Shown here: positions 1 to 10,698 of the stretch, piece by piece
How positions within the stretch are numbered: position 1 is the stretch's first letter
Layout of the letters: every line of letters starts with the position of its first letter
NCBI GenBank assembly: GCA_026390585.1
Contig: JAPLFP010000360.1
Coordinates: 1,483-65,482 of the forward strand
Direction: 5' to 3'
Source of the DNA: Ignavibacteriales bacterium
GTDB taxonomy: Bacteria > Bacteroidota > Ignavibacteria > UBA10030
DNA length: 64,000 bases
Program-made: the position numbers and the translations under genes
Notes under the pieces: model-generated
What the model was told of the DNA's origin: nothing
Databases searched by the model: none
What the model saw: only the letters and a program-made list of their open reading frames with translations

Positions 1-307
1 AATCAACAGCATGAACTTCAAAGGCTTGAACCGCGTAATGATCGTACGCCGTCACGAAAACCACCGCAGGGAGTTGGTCCGGCCCTATCGCTTCGATGAC
101 GCCAAATCCGTCGAGCTCAGGCATTTGAATATCAAGAAACATGAGATCGGGTGACTTCGCTGTGATTGTTTCCACCGCCTCCCGTCCATTCGAGCATTCA
201 TCGATGATCTCAATATCAGGATCGGCTTTCAAAAGTTCCCGGATCTTGTTTCTCGCTGGCTGTTCGTCATCAACGATGATGGCTCTTATGTGTTTCGTTC
301 CGGACAT
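1..307 (-). CDS. LytTR-family response regulator, N-terminal receiver domain (runs off window start)
   Basis: Manual translation from ATG 307: MSGTKHIRAIIVDDEQPARNKIRELL...PDLMFLDIQMPELDGF...VVFVTAYDHYAVQAFEVHAVD; DD, phosphoacceptor D and FVTAYD..A..AF signature of LytTR regulators. Not in ORF track. Confidence 0.85.
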   Translation of the reverse strand, partial: MSGTKHIRAIIVDDEQPARNKIRELLKADPDIEIIDECSNGREAVETITAKSPDLMFLDIQMPELDGFGVIEAIGPDQLPAVVFVTAYDHYAVQAFEVHAVD

Positions 308-596
308 ATGCGAACTCTTTCTGTAGTGGTGGTTTGGGTGTCCACTCTCTCGCTATACAGAGAATTCCTTGATTTCTTCCGAGCGCTCGTGCATGATGGG
401 CAACAACGATCTCTATGTGAGACGTCTTTTTCGACGAAAAAGTTGCACTCCGCTGCCCCGGGCAAGAAGGAGGCGCTTCTCGCCGCTGCTTTTTCATTCT
501 AGAGGGCGCGGGAATTCGGCGGTATGCGTTGCTTTCTGTCATTATCTTCTTATCTTTCCGGCGCGATCGATATCCCACAATTTGGACCTTTGCAGT

Positions 597-1538
597 ATGA
601 AAACCCTGAAACCACCACGCCTCCGTAGAGGCGATCTCATCGGGATTGTATCGCCGGCGAGCACGCCTGCTACTCAAGAGAAAGTTGATAAAGGTGTTCG
701 CTATCTCGAGGGTCTTGGATATCGCGTAAAAGTCGGACGTCATGTGATGGCACAGTACGGCTATCTCGCTGGCACCGATGAAGAGCGCGCGGCAGACCTG
801 AACGACATGTTGCGCGATCCGGCGGTGAAAGCCGTTTTCGCCCTCCGCGGCGGTTATGGAACTCCCCGGATACTTGATTTACTCGACTACGGGGCTGCGC
901 GCCGCGACCCGAAGATTCTTGTTGGATACAGCGACATCACCGGTTTGCAGCTTGCATTTCTCCGAAAGACCGGGTTGGTGACGTTTTCCGGACCAATGGT
1001 CGCTGTGGAGATGTGGGAGAGCATTGATCCGTTTACTGAAGAGAATTTTTGGCGCGTTGTTACTTCGGCTTCCCGTCTTGGAAACCTCCAGAATCCCGCC
1101 GATGAGCCGCTGGTTGCGCACAACAAGGGAAAAGCGTCGGGAATTCTTGTTGGGGGAAATTTCTCCCTGCTTGCCTCGCTCATGGGTACTCCCTACCTGC
1201 CCGACCTCCGCAAAGCAATCCTCGTTCTCGAAGATGTCGACGAGGCGCCTCATCGCGTCGACCGGATGTTCGCCCAACTCCGGCATGCTGGTGTTCTCAA
1301 GAGCATTGCCGGCTTGGTCCTCGGCAAGTTCACCGATTGTGTTCCCAGTGATCCTTCAAAACCACACCTGACGATTGAACAGGTTCTCCAGGAAGCGGTG
1401 AGCGCAGTTGGCTGCCCCGTTCTGACGAACCTCCAATACGGCCACATCGCGAAGAAGCTCACGATTCCATTTGGCGTGCGGGCAACCCTCGACACGCGAA
1501 CCGGGTCTTTAAGAGTGTCCGAAGGGGCTGTCCGCTGA
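597..1538 (+). CDS. ldcA: LD-carboxypeptidase (peptidase S66, LdcA/MccF family)
   Basis: LRRGDLIGIVSPAS, RGGYG, GYSDIT (Ser), LEDVDE (Glu), YGH (His); start trimmed to ATG 597. Confidence 0.85.
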   Translation: MKTLKPPRLRRGDLIGIVSPASTPATQEKVDKGVRYLEGLGYRVKVGRHVMAQYGYLAGTDEERAADLNDMLRDPAVKAVFALRGGYGTPRILDLLDYGAARRDPKILVGYSDITGLQLAFLRKTGLVTFSGPMVAVEMWESIDPFTEENFWRVVTSASRLGNLQNPADEPLVAHNKGKASGILVGGNFSLLASLMGTPYLPDLRKAILVLEDVDEAPHRVDRMFAQLRHAGVLKSIAGLVLGKFTDCVPSDPSKPHLTIEQVLQEAVSAVGCPVLTNLQYGHIAKKLTIPFGVRATLDTRTGSLRVSEGAVR

Positions 1539-1578
1539 CCGACGAGCTCTCTCCGAGCGTCATCAGCGTTGTACTTCA

Positions 1579-1607
1579 TTGACTATCCTTCAACTTATCG
1601 TTACATT
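1579..1607 (+). promoter_or_regulatory. putative sigma70 promoter for purN-purH
   Basis: TTGACT-17 nt-TACATT upstream of purN. Confidence 0.5.
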
Positions 1608-1645
1608 TTCTTCATCTTTGAACATCGCGGCGTCATTCTCGCTTG

Positions 1646-2260
1646 ATGAACATTGGTGTTTTTGCTTCCGGACGGGGGTCGAACTTCCAGGCTATTCTCA
1701 GCGCAATCGAACGGGGGATTCTCCCTGCGCGTGTAACGGTGCTGTTGAGCAACAAGATCGATGCCGGCGCTTTCGAAATCGCCAACGCATATTCCCTCCC
1801 CACTGTTCATCTGAGTCAGAAACAGTTCGCAGACGAGGCTTTGTACGCCGCGGCAATGCTTGAAGTCTTGAGGAGTCACAACGTAGAGCTTATTGCGCTC
1901 GCTGGTTATCTCAAGAAGATTCCAACGATCGTTGTCCGGGAATTCCGGGACCGCATCCTGAACATCCATCCCGCACTGCTTCCATCATTTGGCGGTCAGG
2001 GCATGTATGGGCACCATGTTCACGAAGCGGTTCTTGCATCTGGTGTCAAGCTGAGCGGCGCGACGGTACATCTTGTGGACGAAGAATACGATCGCGGTCC
2101 TATTGTTCTTCAGAGGACCGTTGCTGTCGACGAACTCGACACCCCCGAAACGCTGGCGGCAAAGGTACTGAAGGTTGAGCACGAGATATATCCCCTCGCC
2201 CTGAAGGCTTTTGCTGAAAACAGGGCAACGATACATGGAAGGTCTGTGTGGATACACTAA
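1646..2260 (+). CDS. purN: phosphoribosylglycinamide formyltransferase
   Basis: ASGRGSN, LAGYL, NIHPALLPSFGG, GATVHLVDEEYDRGPI. Confidence 0.97.
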   Translation: MNIGVFASGRGSNFQAILSAIERGILPARVTVLLSNKIDAGAFEIANAYSLPTVHLSQKQFADEALYAAAMLEVLRSHNVELIALAGYLKKIPTIVVREFRDRILNIHPALLPSFGGQGMYGHHVHEAVLASGVKLSGATVHLVDEEYDRGPIVLQRTVAVDELDTPETLAAKVLKVEHEIYPLALKAFAENRATIHGRSVWIH

Positions 2261-3858
2261 CGCAATTGAAAACACCGGTGGCAAGTCATACTGCAACCCC
2301 TGAAGCCAAGGAGGAGGTTCTGCTACACGTTCGACGTGCGCTCATCAGTGTGTCTGACAAGCGTGGAGTCGTTGAGCTGGCAAAAACTCTCCAACAGTTC
2401 GGTGTCGAAATCATTTCGACAGGCGGGACACAGCAAGTTCTCAAAGAGGCTGGCGTTGTTGTCAAATCTGTCTCTGAGGTTACCGGATTTCCGGAAATTC
2501 TGGACGGCCGCGTGAAAACGCTTCATCCTGCAATACATGCCGGCATCCTCGCGGCCACCGACAACCCGCTTCACCTGAAACAGCTTCACGAGCATCACAT
2601 CGAGCCAATCGATCTTGTGGTTGCCAATCTGTATCCCTTTGAGCAAACGATCACGCATGAGAACGTGACCCTCGAACAGGCCATTGAACAAATCGACGTC
2701 GGTGGTCCGACGATGGTCCGGGCGGCAGCGAAGAATCACCGCCACACGGTCGTGGTCGTCAATCCCGATCGTTATCAGTCTCTGACGGAGGAATTAATCA
2801 AGAACAATGGGGCGGTGTCGTTTCAGACCCGGTTCGAGCTCGCGCGCGAAGCGTTTCAACACACGGCAACATACGACACCATGATTGCGTCGTACTTTAG
2901 CGGCCTCCAGTCGGACACTGCGTTACCTGATGTTGTCACCCTTTCAATGAAAAAGTCGGATGCACTCCGCTATGGCGAAAATCCCCATCAGTCGGCGTCG
3001 CTCTATGGAAAGTTCAATACCTATTTCAAGAAGCTTCACGGAAAAGAGCTGTCTTACAACAATATTCTCGACATCAACGCCGCCGCTCTTCTGTGCGCAG
3101 AGTTTGAAAAACCCACTGCGGTGATTGTGAAGCACAATAACCCCTGTGGTGTTGGTTCCGGCGAGACCTTGCAGGAAGCTTACAAGAAAGCGTTTGCAAC
3201 GGACACGAAGTCGGCATTCGGCGGCATTGTTTGCGTGAATCGATCTCTTGACGCCGCTACTGCCGCAGCCATCAACGAAATATTCACCGAGGTGATTGTA
3301 GCTCCCAGCTATGCTGATGGTGTGCTTGACCTTCTGATGAAGAAGCGCGATCGGCGCCTTATTCAGCAGGTGATCGACATCCGGTCTGTCAAAGCTTTTG
3401 ATGTTCGGGGCGTTATTGGCGGGCTTCTGCTTCAGGAACAGGACCAACATCGGATCACGCGTGAAGGCTTGCGCGTTGTGACCAGGCGAAAGCCGGCCGA
3501 AGAGGAGTTGGAGGCGTTGATTTTCGCGTGGCGTGTGGCAAAGCATGTCAAATCGAACGCTATTGTCTATGCACGAAAAGACCGGACGCTGGGCATTGGA
3601 GCGGGTCAAATGTCACGCGTTGACTCAGCCAAGATCGCCGTCATGAAAGCGGCCGAGGCTGGACTTGATCTCGCGGGATGCGCTGTTGCATCAGACGCCT
3701 TCTTTCCATTTGCCGATGGTCTTCTTGAGGCTGTCAAGGGGGGCGCAACATCCGTGATCCAACCAGGCGGTTCTGTCCGTGATGAAGAAGTTGTCAAAGC
3801 AGCCGATGAACACAATGTTGCAATGGTTTTCACGGGTATCAGACATTTCCGACACTAA
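2248..3858 (+). CDS. purH: bifunctional AICAR transformylase/IMP cyclohydrolase
   Basis: RALISVSDK, STGGT, GRVKTLHP, LRYGENPHQ, KHNNPCG, SDAFFPF, RHFRH. Confidence 0.97.
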   Translation: MDTLTQLKTPVASHTATPEAKEEVLLHVRRALISVSDKRGVVELAKTLQQFGVEIISTGGTQQVLKEAGVVVKSVSEVTGFPEILDGRVKTLHPAIHAGILAATDNPLHLKQLHEHHIEPIDLVVANLYPFEQTITHENVTLEQAIEQIDVGGPTMVRAAAKNHRHTVVVVNPDRYQSLTEELIKNNGAVSFQTRFELAREAFQHTATYDTMIASYFSGLQSDTALPDVVTLSMKKSDALRYGENPHQSASLYGKFNTYFKKLHGKELSYNNILDINAAALLCAEFEKPTAVIVKHNNPCGVGSGETLQEAYKKAFATDTKSAFGGIVCVNRSLDAATAAAINEIFTEVIVAPSYADGVLDLLMKKRDRRLIQQVIDIRSVKAFDVRGVIGGLLLQEQDQHRITREGLRVVTRRKPAEEELEALIFAWRVAKHVKSNAIVYARKDRTLGIGAGQMSRVDSAKIAVMKAAEAGLDLAGCAVASDAFFPFADGLLEAVKGGATSVIQPGGSVRDEEVVKAADEHNVAMVFTGIRHFRH

Positions 3859-3889
3859 CGATCTCACACAATAAGAGTACAACCTGGCA

Positions 3890-4915
3890 ATGAGCCTTTT
3901 TTCTCTTTTTTCTGCAGACATCGCTGTCGATCTCGGCACAGCGAACACGGTGATTTGGATGAAGGGCAAGGGAATTGTCCTCAATGAACCATCGATTGTT
4001 GCGTTCGACCGCAACACGAAGAAGATTATTGCGATCGGACACGAAGCCCGCGAGATGCTCGGTCGAACACACCGCGACATTCGCACCATACGGCCAATGA
4101 AGGATGGCGTGATCGCCGATTTTGAAATCGCCGAAGGAATGTTGCGCGAGTTTATCCGGAAGACGAGTCTCGGGTGGGTCCCGAGCCGGCGCATTGTTGT
4201 CTCGGTGCCTTCCGGTATCACCGAGGTCGAAAAGCGTGCCGTGCGCGATGCTGCCGAACACGCCGGAGCCAAAGAGGTGCACCTCCTTGCCGAACCTATG
4301 GCCTCAGCCATCGGCATCGGCCTCGACGTGGACGCGCCTGTAGGCAACATGGTTGTCGACATCGGCGGAGGAACGACCGAGATCGCCGTGATCGCCCTTT
4401 CGGGGATCGTTACGGAAGAGTCGATTCGCGTTGCCGGTGACGAAAAGAACAATGCCATCATTCAGTTCTTCAAACGAAACCACAATATCCTCATTGGAGA
4501 GCGGACAGCGGAAGCGATCAAGTGTGAAGTTGGATCGGCGATGCCGCTGCGCGAAGAAATCACCATTCAGGTGAAGGGCCGGGATCTTGTCAATGGAGTA
4601 CCGAAAACGACCGAGGTAAGCTCTGTCGAGATCCGCGAGGCTCTCAATGAACCAATTGCACAAATCGTCGAAGCGGTCAAGGTCACCCTTGAGCGCACTC
4701 CGCCGGAACTTTCGGCCGACATTCTTGACCGCGGCATCATGCTCACGGGTGGTGGTGCGTTGCTGAAGGGGCTCGACGAACGAATCAGACTTGAAACGAA
4801 TCTTCCGGTGCACGTTGCAGAAGATCCATTGACTGCTGTTGTGCGGGGAACAGGGCGTGTCTTGGAAGATCTCAGGCATTTTTCAAAGGTGCTGATTAAG
4901 AGTAAACGGTACTAA
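3890..4915 (+). CDS. mreB: rod shape-determining protein MreB
   Basis: DLGTANT, EPSIVA, RPMKDGVIADF, DIGGGTTE, LTGGGALL. Confidence 0.98.
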   Translation: MSLFSLFSADIAVDLGTANTVIWMKGKGIVLNEPSIVAFDRNTKKIIAIGHEAREMLGRTHRDIRTIRPMKDGVIADFEIAEGMLREFIRKTSLGWVPSRRIVVSVPSGITEVEKRAVRDAAEHAGAKEVHLLAEPMASAIGIGLDVDAPVGNMVVDIGGGTTEIAVIALSGIVTEESIRVAGDEKNNAIIQFFKRNHNILIGERTAEAIKCEVGSAMPLREEITIQVKGRDLVNGVPKTTEVSSVEIREALNEPIAQIVEAVKVTLERTPPELSADILDRGIMLTGGGALLKGLDERIRLETNLPVHVAEDPLTAVVRGTGRVLEDLRHFSKVLIKSKRY

Positions 4916-5005
4916 GTGTAGCGCAGTAGGTTCGCTGACAGGGGCATGCGAACCAAACCCCGCCAACGATGACTTTCCTCTCCGACAGAACATACATTCA
5001 CCGGC

Positions 5006-5845
5006 ATGTTCAAACGTATCTATAATTTTGTGTTGCTCTTCAAGGAGTATGCGGTCTTCTCCATTCTCCTTGTGCTGTCGCTTGTCCTGATGGCCCTTAA
5101 CGACAATACGCAGATCCGGCATATTCGTGGAGTAGCAACCGTCGTGTTTGGTGTTGTGCAGGATCAGCTGGCTTTTGTTCCCCGGTACTTCTCTTTGCGA
5201 AAGGAGAATGATATCCTTCGCCGTATGAATGTGGATCTCGCCGATGAAGCAAGTCAACTCCGTGAAGCCAAACTTGAAAATGATCGCCTGCGGCGGCTCC
5301 TTGGATTCAAGGATGTTTCTCACTACCCCCTCCTCGCGGCAAAGGTTGTTGGGAAAAACCTGACGCTTCTCCGGAATACAATTACACTCAATATCGGGAA
5401 ATTGGATGGGGTGTTGCCTCATATGCCTGTTGTCGGTGATGGCGGGCTCGTTGGGGTCGTTGCCAATGTCAACGATCACTATGCCATAGTGCGAATTCTG
5501 TATAACACCGATTTCCGGGCAAGCACAAAAAGCCAACGCGCACGCGTGGACGGTATCCTTGCCTGGGACGGCGAAGACTTGATCCTGACCAATGTTGCCA
5601 AGAATCTTGATATTGTTGCCGGTGATACGCTGATCACCACCGATTACAGCAGTACCTACCCACCGAATATCCGCATCGGCACTGTCAGCGAGGTTGCCGA
5701 GCAACAGGGATCGTTGTTCAAGCGCGTTCTCGTTACTCCTGGGGTGGATTTCGTGAAGCTCGAAGAGGTCTTTGTCATTTCATACATTCCCGACTCCGAA
5801 CGATCGGAATTAGAGCAGTCTCTGCAGCAGAAGTTGAGACGCTGA
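5006..5845 (+). CDS. mreC: rod shape-determining protein MreC
   Basis: N-terminal TM, coiled coil ending ENDRLRRLL, GLVG, GD.LIT...YPPNIRIG; directly follows mreB. Confidence 0.93.
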   Translation: MFKRIYNFVLLFKEYAVFSILLVLSLVLMALNDNTQIRHIRGVATVVFGVVQDQLAFVPRYFSLRKENDILRRMNVDLADEASQLREAKLENDRLRRLLGFKDVSHYPLLAAKVVGKNLTLLRNTITLNIGKLDGVLPHMPVVGDGGLVGVVANVNDHYAIVRILYNTDFRASTKSQRARVDGILAWDGEDLILTNVAKNLDIVAGDTLITTDYSSTYPPNIRIGTVSEVAEQQGSLFKRVLVTPGVDFVKLEEVFVISYIPDSERSELEQSLQQKLRR

Positions 5846-5892
5846 TCTTCCCAACCAGACGTCACTCATCATCGAAAGGTATTTAAGGATCT

Positions 5893-8352
5893 ATGAAAAT
5901 CCTGAAATTTGGTGGCTCATCCGTCGCTGACCCTGAGTGCATTCGCAGTGTTGCGGCAATCGTGCTGGCTGCAGCCAAGCGGGACCGTATTGTCGTCGTA
6001 GTATCAGCTTTCCAGGGAGTGACGAATCAGCTGCTCCAGTGCGCTCGCCTTGCGGAGAAGGGGCGTGCCGAATATCAAAAACTCTTCGCACAGATTGCAC
6101 AGAAGCATCGCGATGCTATCAATACGCTGATCAAGAAGCACAATCGCCGCCAAACACTTGCGATCCTCGATGAACAGTTGAAAGAACTTGAAGATGTTCT
6201 TCATGGAATGTCACTCCTTCGCGATTGCCCGCCACGCGCGCTGGATCTCACTGCAAGCTTTGGAGAGCGCCTTTCCGCCATGATCATCGCCGCTTATTTG
6301 CAGCAGTTGCATCAGACGGAGCCTGTTGATGCACGCCAGCTTATCGTCACCGACGATCAGTTTACCCACGCTTCTGTTTTGTTTGATCAGACAAATCGCA
6401 AGATTCGCTCTTACTTCAATCGCCTGCAACAAAAGAGCCGCCATCGCGTCATTCCTGTGGTGACCGGGTTCATCGGATCGACAGAAGACGGACGAACGAC
6501 GACGATAGGTCGAAACGGATCGGATTACACTGCCGCAATTGTCGGGGCTGCTCTCAAAGCCTCTGTGATCGAAATCTGGACAGACGTTGATGGCATCCTC
6601 AGCGCCGATCCACGTGTTGTTCCGTCTGCCTTCGTTCTCCCCCAGATGTCATACGAAGAGGCAATGGAGCTTTCCTATTTCGGCGCGAAAGTCCTTCATC
6701 CAGCGACCATTGCTCCGGCCGTGGCAAAAAAGATCCCCATCATCATCAAGAACACATTTCATCCCGACGCACCCGGCACTGTCATCTCCGAAGGTGTCGA
6801 AAACTGGGAGGGGGTTGCCAAGGGAATAACCTCTGTGGATGAGATTGCCCTTCTGAGCTTGCGCGGTATGGGGATGGTAGGTGTTCCCGGCACGGCAGAG
6901 CGGCTCTTCCGTGCGCTCGCGTCTCACCATGTGAACGTTATCCTTATTTCCCAGGCCTCCTCTGAGCACACGATTTGTTTCGCCGTCGTCAAATCTGATC
7001 TGGCGCACGCTCGGCGAGCTGTCGCTGAGGAATTCCGCTACGAACTGCAAAGCAAATTGACGTCGCTCGACGAACGGCCAAACCAAACGATCGTGGCAAT
7101 CGTCGGGGAGGGCATGAAGGGCGCTCCGGGAGTTTCTGGAAAAGTTTTTCAGGCTCTTGGCCGAAACAATGTGAACGTTTCCGCCATCGCACAGGGAGCC
7201 TCGGAACGGAACATCTCTTTCGTCATCGATTCCACCCAGGGAAATCGTGCCCTCAACGTTATCCATGAAGCCTTTTTCGAAAAACGAAAGCGTCTCGCTG
7301 TTATCGTTATTGGGGTCGGGAACATTGGCTCTGCCCTGCTCCGACAGCTTCATCAACAGCATTCATTTCTCCTCTCGCAGGGATTTGACGTTCGCGTGTG
7401 CGGCGTTGCTAACAGTAAGCATTACATCCTCGATGCCGCCGGACTCGACCTTTCCCAATGGCAGGATGAGCTCAGTCGCTCACATTTCAAGATGCATCCG
7501 CAACACCTGGCAGAGAAGATTGCAGAACTCGAATTGACCAATGCCGTTCTCGTGGACTGCACGGCCAGTCCCGACATCGCAGAAGCATATCCTGATTTTG
7601 TCAACGCAAACCTCCACATCGTCACTCCAAACAAGAAGGCAAACGTGTTGCCGTGGAAGCAATACGCTGCCCTGATGGAACTGATGAAGAAACGGCAGAA
7701 GTACTTCTTGTATGAGGCAAATGTCGGTGCGGGACTTCCTGTGATTTCGACGCTTGGCGATCTCATTGCAAGTGGCGATCATATTGTCAAAGTGGAGGGT
7801 GTTTTCTCGGGAACGTTAAGTTATATCTTCAACCATTTCGACGGGAAAAAGCCTTTCAGCGAAGTGCTGCGAGAGGCCCACGAGCTCGGATTTACAGAAC
7901 CCGATCCTCGCGATGATCTTTCGGGCGACGATGTGGCGCGCAAACTCCTCATCGTTGCACGCCATCTTGGTTTGAAGCTCGACATGAAAGATATCCGGTT
8001 TGAGAACCTTGTTCCTCCTTCGTTGCGTGCAGAAGCGTTTTCACAGAATCTTTTCTTCCGGTTCGCCAAGGTGGATGCACGGATGCAGCAGAAACTTGAC
8101 GCCGCGCGTTCTCGGGGAGCCGTGCTTCGCTACGTCGGAATTCTCGAAGGCCATACCGCCGTTGCGGGCTTGAGAGAAATGCCTCTCAGTCATCCATTCG
8201 CTGGAACCAAGGGGAGTGATAACATTATCGCGATCACATCGCACCGCTATTCCCGTACACCTCTCGTGGTGCAAGGACCGGGGGCGGGAGCAGACGTTAC
8301 CGCCATGGGAGTGTTTTCTGACATTCTCAAACTTTTGCACTATTTACCCTAA
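5893..8352 (+). CDS. thrA: bifunctional aspartate kinase/homoserine dehydrogenase I
   Basis: KFGGSS, GRNGSDY, ELSYFGAKVLHP, two ACT domains, GVGNIG, EANVGAGLP, TEPDPRDDLSG, GPGAG. Confidence 0.97.
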   Translation: MKILKFGGSSVADPECIRSVAAIVLAAAKRDRIVVVVSAFQGVTNQLLQCARLAEKGRAEYQKLFAQIAQKHRDAINTLIKKHNRRQTLAILDEQLKELEDVLHGMSLLRDCPPRALDLTASFGERLSAMIIAAYLQQLHQTEPVDARQLIVTDDQFTHASVLFDQTNRKIRSYFNRLQQKSRHRVIPVVTGFIGSTEDGRTTTIGRNGSDYTAAIVGAALKASVIEIWTDVDGILSADPRVVPSAFVLPQMSYEEAMELSYFGAKVLHPATIAPAVAKKIPIIIKNTFHPDAPGTVISEGVENWEGVAKGITSVDEIALLSLRGMGMVGVPGTAERLFRALASHHVNVILISQASSEHTICFAVVKSDLAHARRAVAEEFRYELQSKLTSLDERPNQTIVAIVGEGMKGAPGVSGKVFQALGRNNVNVSAIAQGASERNISFVIDSTQGNRALNVIHEAFFEKRKRLAVIVIGVGNIGSALLRQLHQQHSFLLSQGFDVRVCGVANSKHYILDAAGLDLSQWQDELSRSHFKMHPQHLAEKIAELELTNAVLVDCTASPDIAEAYPDFVNANLHIVTPNKKANVLPWKQYAALMELMKKRQKYFLYEANVGAGLPVISTLGDLIASGDHIVKVEGVFSGTLSYIFNHFDGKKPFSEVLREAHELGFTEPDPRDDLSGDDVARKLLIVARHLGLKLDMKDIRFENLVPPSLRAEAFSQNLFFRFAKVDARMQQKLDAARSRGAVLRYVGILEGHTAVAGLREMPLSHPFAGTKGSDNIIAITSHRYSRTPLVVQGPGAGADVTAMGVFSDILKLLHYLP

Positions 8353-8392
8353 CGGTCATGCTCCGCGTTCATCGAGAACTTCTCGAAAACCT

Positions 8393-9340
8393 ATGAAACC
8401 AAGATCAGTCAAGACATATGCGCCGGCAACAATTTCTAACCTCGGACCCGGGTTTGACACTCTTGGTGTCGCCATCAACAGCCCCGGCGATACCGTCGTT
8501 GCGCGTAGGCGATCGGAGCCTGGTCTCGGATTTTCCGTCGCAACCAAAAACGCCGGTGTACCGCTTGACGCCAAGAAGAATGTTGCCAGCTTCGTCGCTT
8601 CTCTCCTCTTGAATGAAAAACACCCGTCGTTCGGCATCGAGATGATTCTCCATAAGTCGATGCCTGTTGGGTCGGGACTCGGAAGCTCAGCTGCCAGCAG
8701 TGTCGCAGCCGCTGTGGCGGTCAACGCTCTCCTTGTCAAACCCCTCAGCAAGGCAGACTTGTTACCATTTATCCTGGAAGGAGAGCGCCTCGCATGTGGC
8801 TCTGCGCACGCAGACAACGCAGCCCCCTCTTTGCTTGGTGGGGGGTGTCTCATCCGAAGCTACGATCCGCTTGATGTCGTCCCATTTCCCGTCAATCCTT
8901 CGTTGGTCTGGATTGTCGTTCATCCAAACACCGAAGTGCTCACAAAGAAAGCTCGCACTATTCTTCCAGATCAGATACCGTTACGCTCTGCAATTCGTCA
9001 ATGGGGAAATGTTGCGGGTCTTATCATGGGTCTGGGTGCAGGCGATCGGGACCTCATCAAGCGTTGCGTCGAGGATGTTGTAGCAGAGCCGCTCCGCGCC
9101 CAACTCATCCCCGGATTCTACGATGTCAAGAAAGCGGCGCTTGCCGCAGGGGCGCTTGGTTGCTCGATCTCCGGATCGGGTCCATCCATTTTCGCGATCG
9201 CGTCCTCCATGCAGAAGGCTCGTATCATCGGTACGCAGATGGCGAAAACATTCCGGCTTGTAGCCAATATTGAAAGCAACGTCTACATTTCACGCACGAA
9301 TGGGATCGGCGCTCGAATTGCCTGGAGAAAAGGCGCATGA
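8393..9340 (+). CDS. thrB: homoserine kinase (GHMP family)
   Basis: APATISNLGPGFD, PVGSGLGSSAAS, HADN, ISGSGPS; start trimmed to ATG 8393. Confidence 0.96.
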   Translation: MKPRSVKTYAPATISNLGPGFDTLGVAINSPGDTVVARRRSEPGLGFSVATKNAGVPLDAKKNVASFVASLLLNEKHPSFGIEMILHKSMPVGSGLGSSAASSVAAAVAVNALLVKPLSKADLLPFILEGERLACGSAHADNAAPSLLGGGCLIRSYDPLDVVPFPVNPSLVWIVVHPNTEVLTKKARTILPDQIPLRSAIRQWGNVAGLIMGLGAGDRDLIKRCVEDVVAEPLRAQLIPGFYDVKKAALAAGALGCSISGSGPSIFAIASSMQKARIIGTQMAKTFRLVANIESNVYISRTNGIGARIAWRKGA

Positions 9341-10653
9341 AGTTTCGGTCGATTCTCAACGATCATTCTCTTGTGAGTTTTCGCGAAGCACTATTTCGTG
9401 GCATTGCTCCTGATGGAAGCCTGTACGTTCCCGAGGCGATCCCGACGTTGCCCGCGGGAGTTAAAACCTCTGACGCAACACAGAGTCTTCCCCGCGTCGC
9501 CGCTCAGGTGTTGAGTGCGTACATTGAAGAAATCTCTTCCGAACAAATCCAGAAGATGGCTGATCGGGCGTTCAGTTTTCCCATTCCCCTTGTCAAGTTG
9601 GAGGATGACCTCTATCTGCTGGAGCTGTTCCATGGCCCGACCCTTGCTTTTAAAGATGTCGGCGCGCGATTCATGGCTGCCGCCCTCTCGTATTTCCTCG
9701 AACAAGAACAGCAGGAACTTACGATTGCCGTCGCAACTTCCGGGGACACTGGAAGTGCTGTTGCTCAAGGATTCGTGAACGTTCCGCACATTTCGGTTTT
9801 CGTCCTCTACCCTTCCGGTAAGATCAGTACGCTCCAGGAACAGCAGATTACAACGGTTGGTGGAAATATCCACGCCATCGAAGTAGAGGGTACATTTGAC
9901 GATTGCCAACACCTCGTGAAAACGGCGCTGGCGGACCAGGAGCTTGTCCGTGCCTGCAACCTCACGACAGCAAATTCCATCAACCTTGGCAGGCTCATTC
10001 CGCAGATTACTTATTATGTCTGGGGCTTGATGGAACTGCAACGACAAACTGGGCGATCTCCAAACCAAGAGATTGCTGCCGATGTCTGTGTTCCGAGTGG
10101 AAACTTTGGAAATCTCACTGCTGCGGCGTATGCCAAGCGCATGGGGGTTCCGATTGCCCGACTGTTTTCAGCCTCGAATGCAAACGTGGTTGTCCCCGAA
10201 TTTTTCCGCACGGGATCCTTCAGACCGCGGCCTTCGGTGCAGACTTTTTCCAATGCAATGGACGTTGGCAATCCAAGCAATTTCGCGCGCTTGCAGGCTC
10301 TCTACGAAGGCAATCTCGATGCAATGAAAAGCGACATTGCATCGACGAGCGTTTTGGATGAAGAGACCCTTGTCGAAATGCAGCGCACGTACGAGCGCTC
10401 CGGATATATTCTGGATCCCCACACGGCCGTCGGTGTCGCGGCGACACGAAAGCTCAAGCCGTCACACTCTTCTTCCAGACCAACCATCGTTGTGGGAACC
10501 GCACACCCGGCGAAGTTTCCCGAGGTCGTTGAAAAGGCGCTGCACATAACGACACCTCTTCCGAAACAATTGCAGGAGGCGTTACAGCGAACGAAGCAGA
10601 GCACAAGAATTCCGGCAGACTACCAGCGGGTAAAACGACTTCTGCTGGCGTGA
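9337..10653 (+). CDS. thrC: threonine synthase
   Basis: ELFHGPTLAFKD (PLP Lys), ATSGDTG, NSINLGR, PSGNFGN, TAHPAKF; 4-nt overlap with thrB. Confidence 0.97.
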   Translation: MKFRSILNDHSLVSFREALFRGIAPDGSLYVPEAIPTLPAGVKTSDATQSLPRVAAQVLSAYIEEISSEQIQKMADRAFSFPIPLVKLEDDLYLLELFHGPTLAFKDVGARFMAAALSYFLEQEQQELTIAVATSGDTGSAVAQGFVNVPHISVFVLYPSGKISTLQEQQITTVGGNIHAIEVEGTFDDCQHLVKTALADQELVRACNLTTANSINLGRLIPQITYYVWGLMELQRQTGRSPNQEIAADVCVPSGNFGNLTAAAYAKRMGVPIARLFSASNANVVVPEFFRTGSFRPRPSVQTFSNAMDVGNPSNFARLQALYEGNLDAMKSDIASTSVLDEETLVEMQRTYERSGYILDPHTAVGVAATRKLKPSHSSSRPTIVVGTAHPAKFPEVVEKALHITTPLPKQLQEALQRTKQSTRIPADYQRVKRLLLA

Positions 10654-10669
10654 CGCTCGCGCTGGCGCG

Positions 10670-10698
10670 TTGCAATTCGGGCGATTTCTCAATACGTT
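10670..10698 (+). promoter_or_regulatory. putative internal sigma70 promoter for mreD-mrdA-rodA
   Basis: TTGCAA-17 nt-TACGTT in the thrC-mreD gap. Confidence 0.4.

Noticed and set aside
4929-4961. Hairpin GGTTCGC/GCGAACC with possible GGGG-CCCC pseudoknot between mreB and mreC
   Set aside because: Second stem is only 4 bp with a 3-nt linker; an ordinary intercistronic stem is sufficient and no known riboswitch was recognised.
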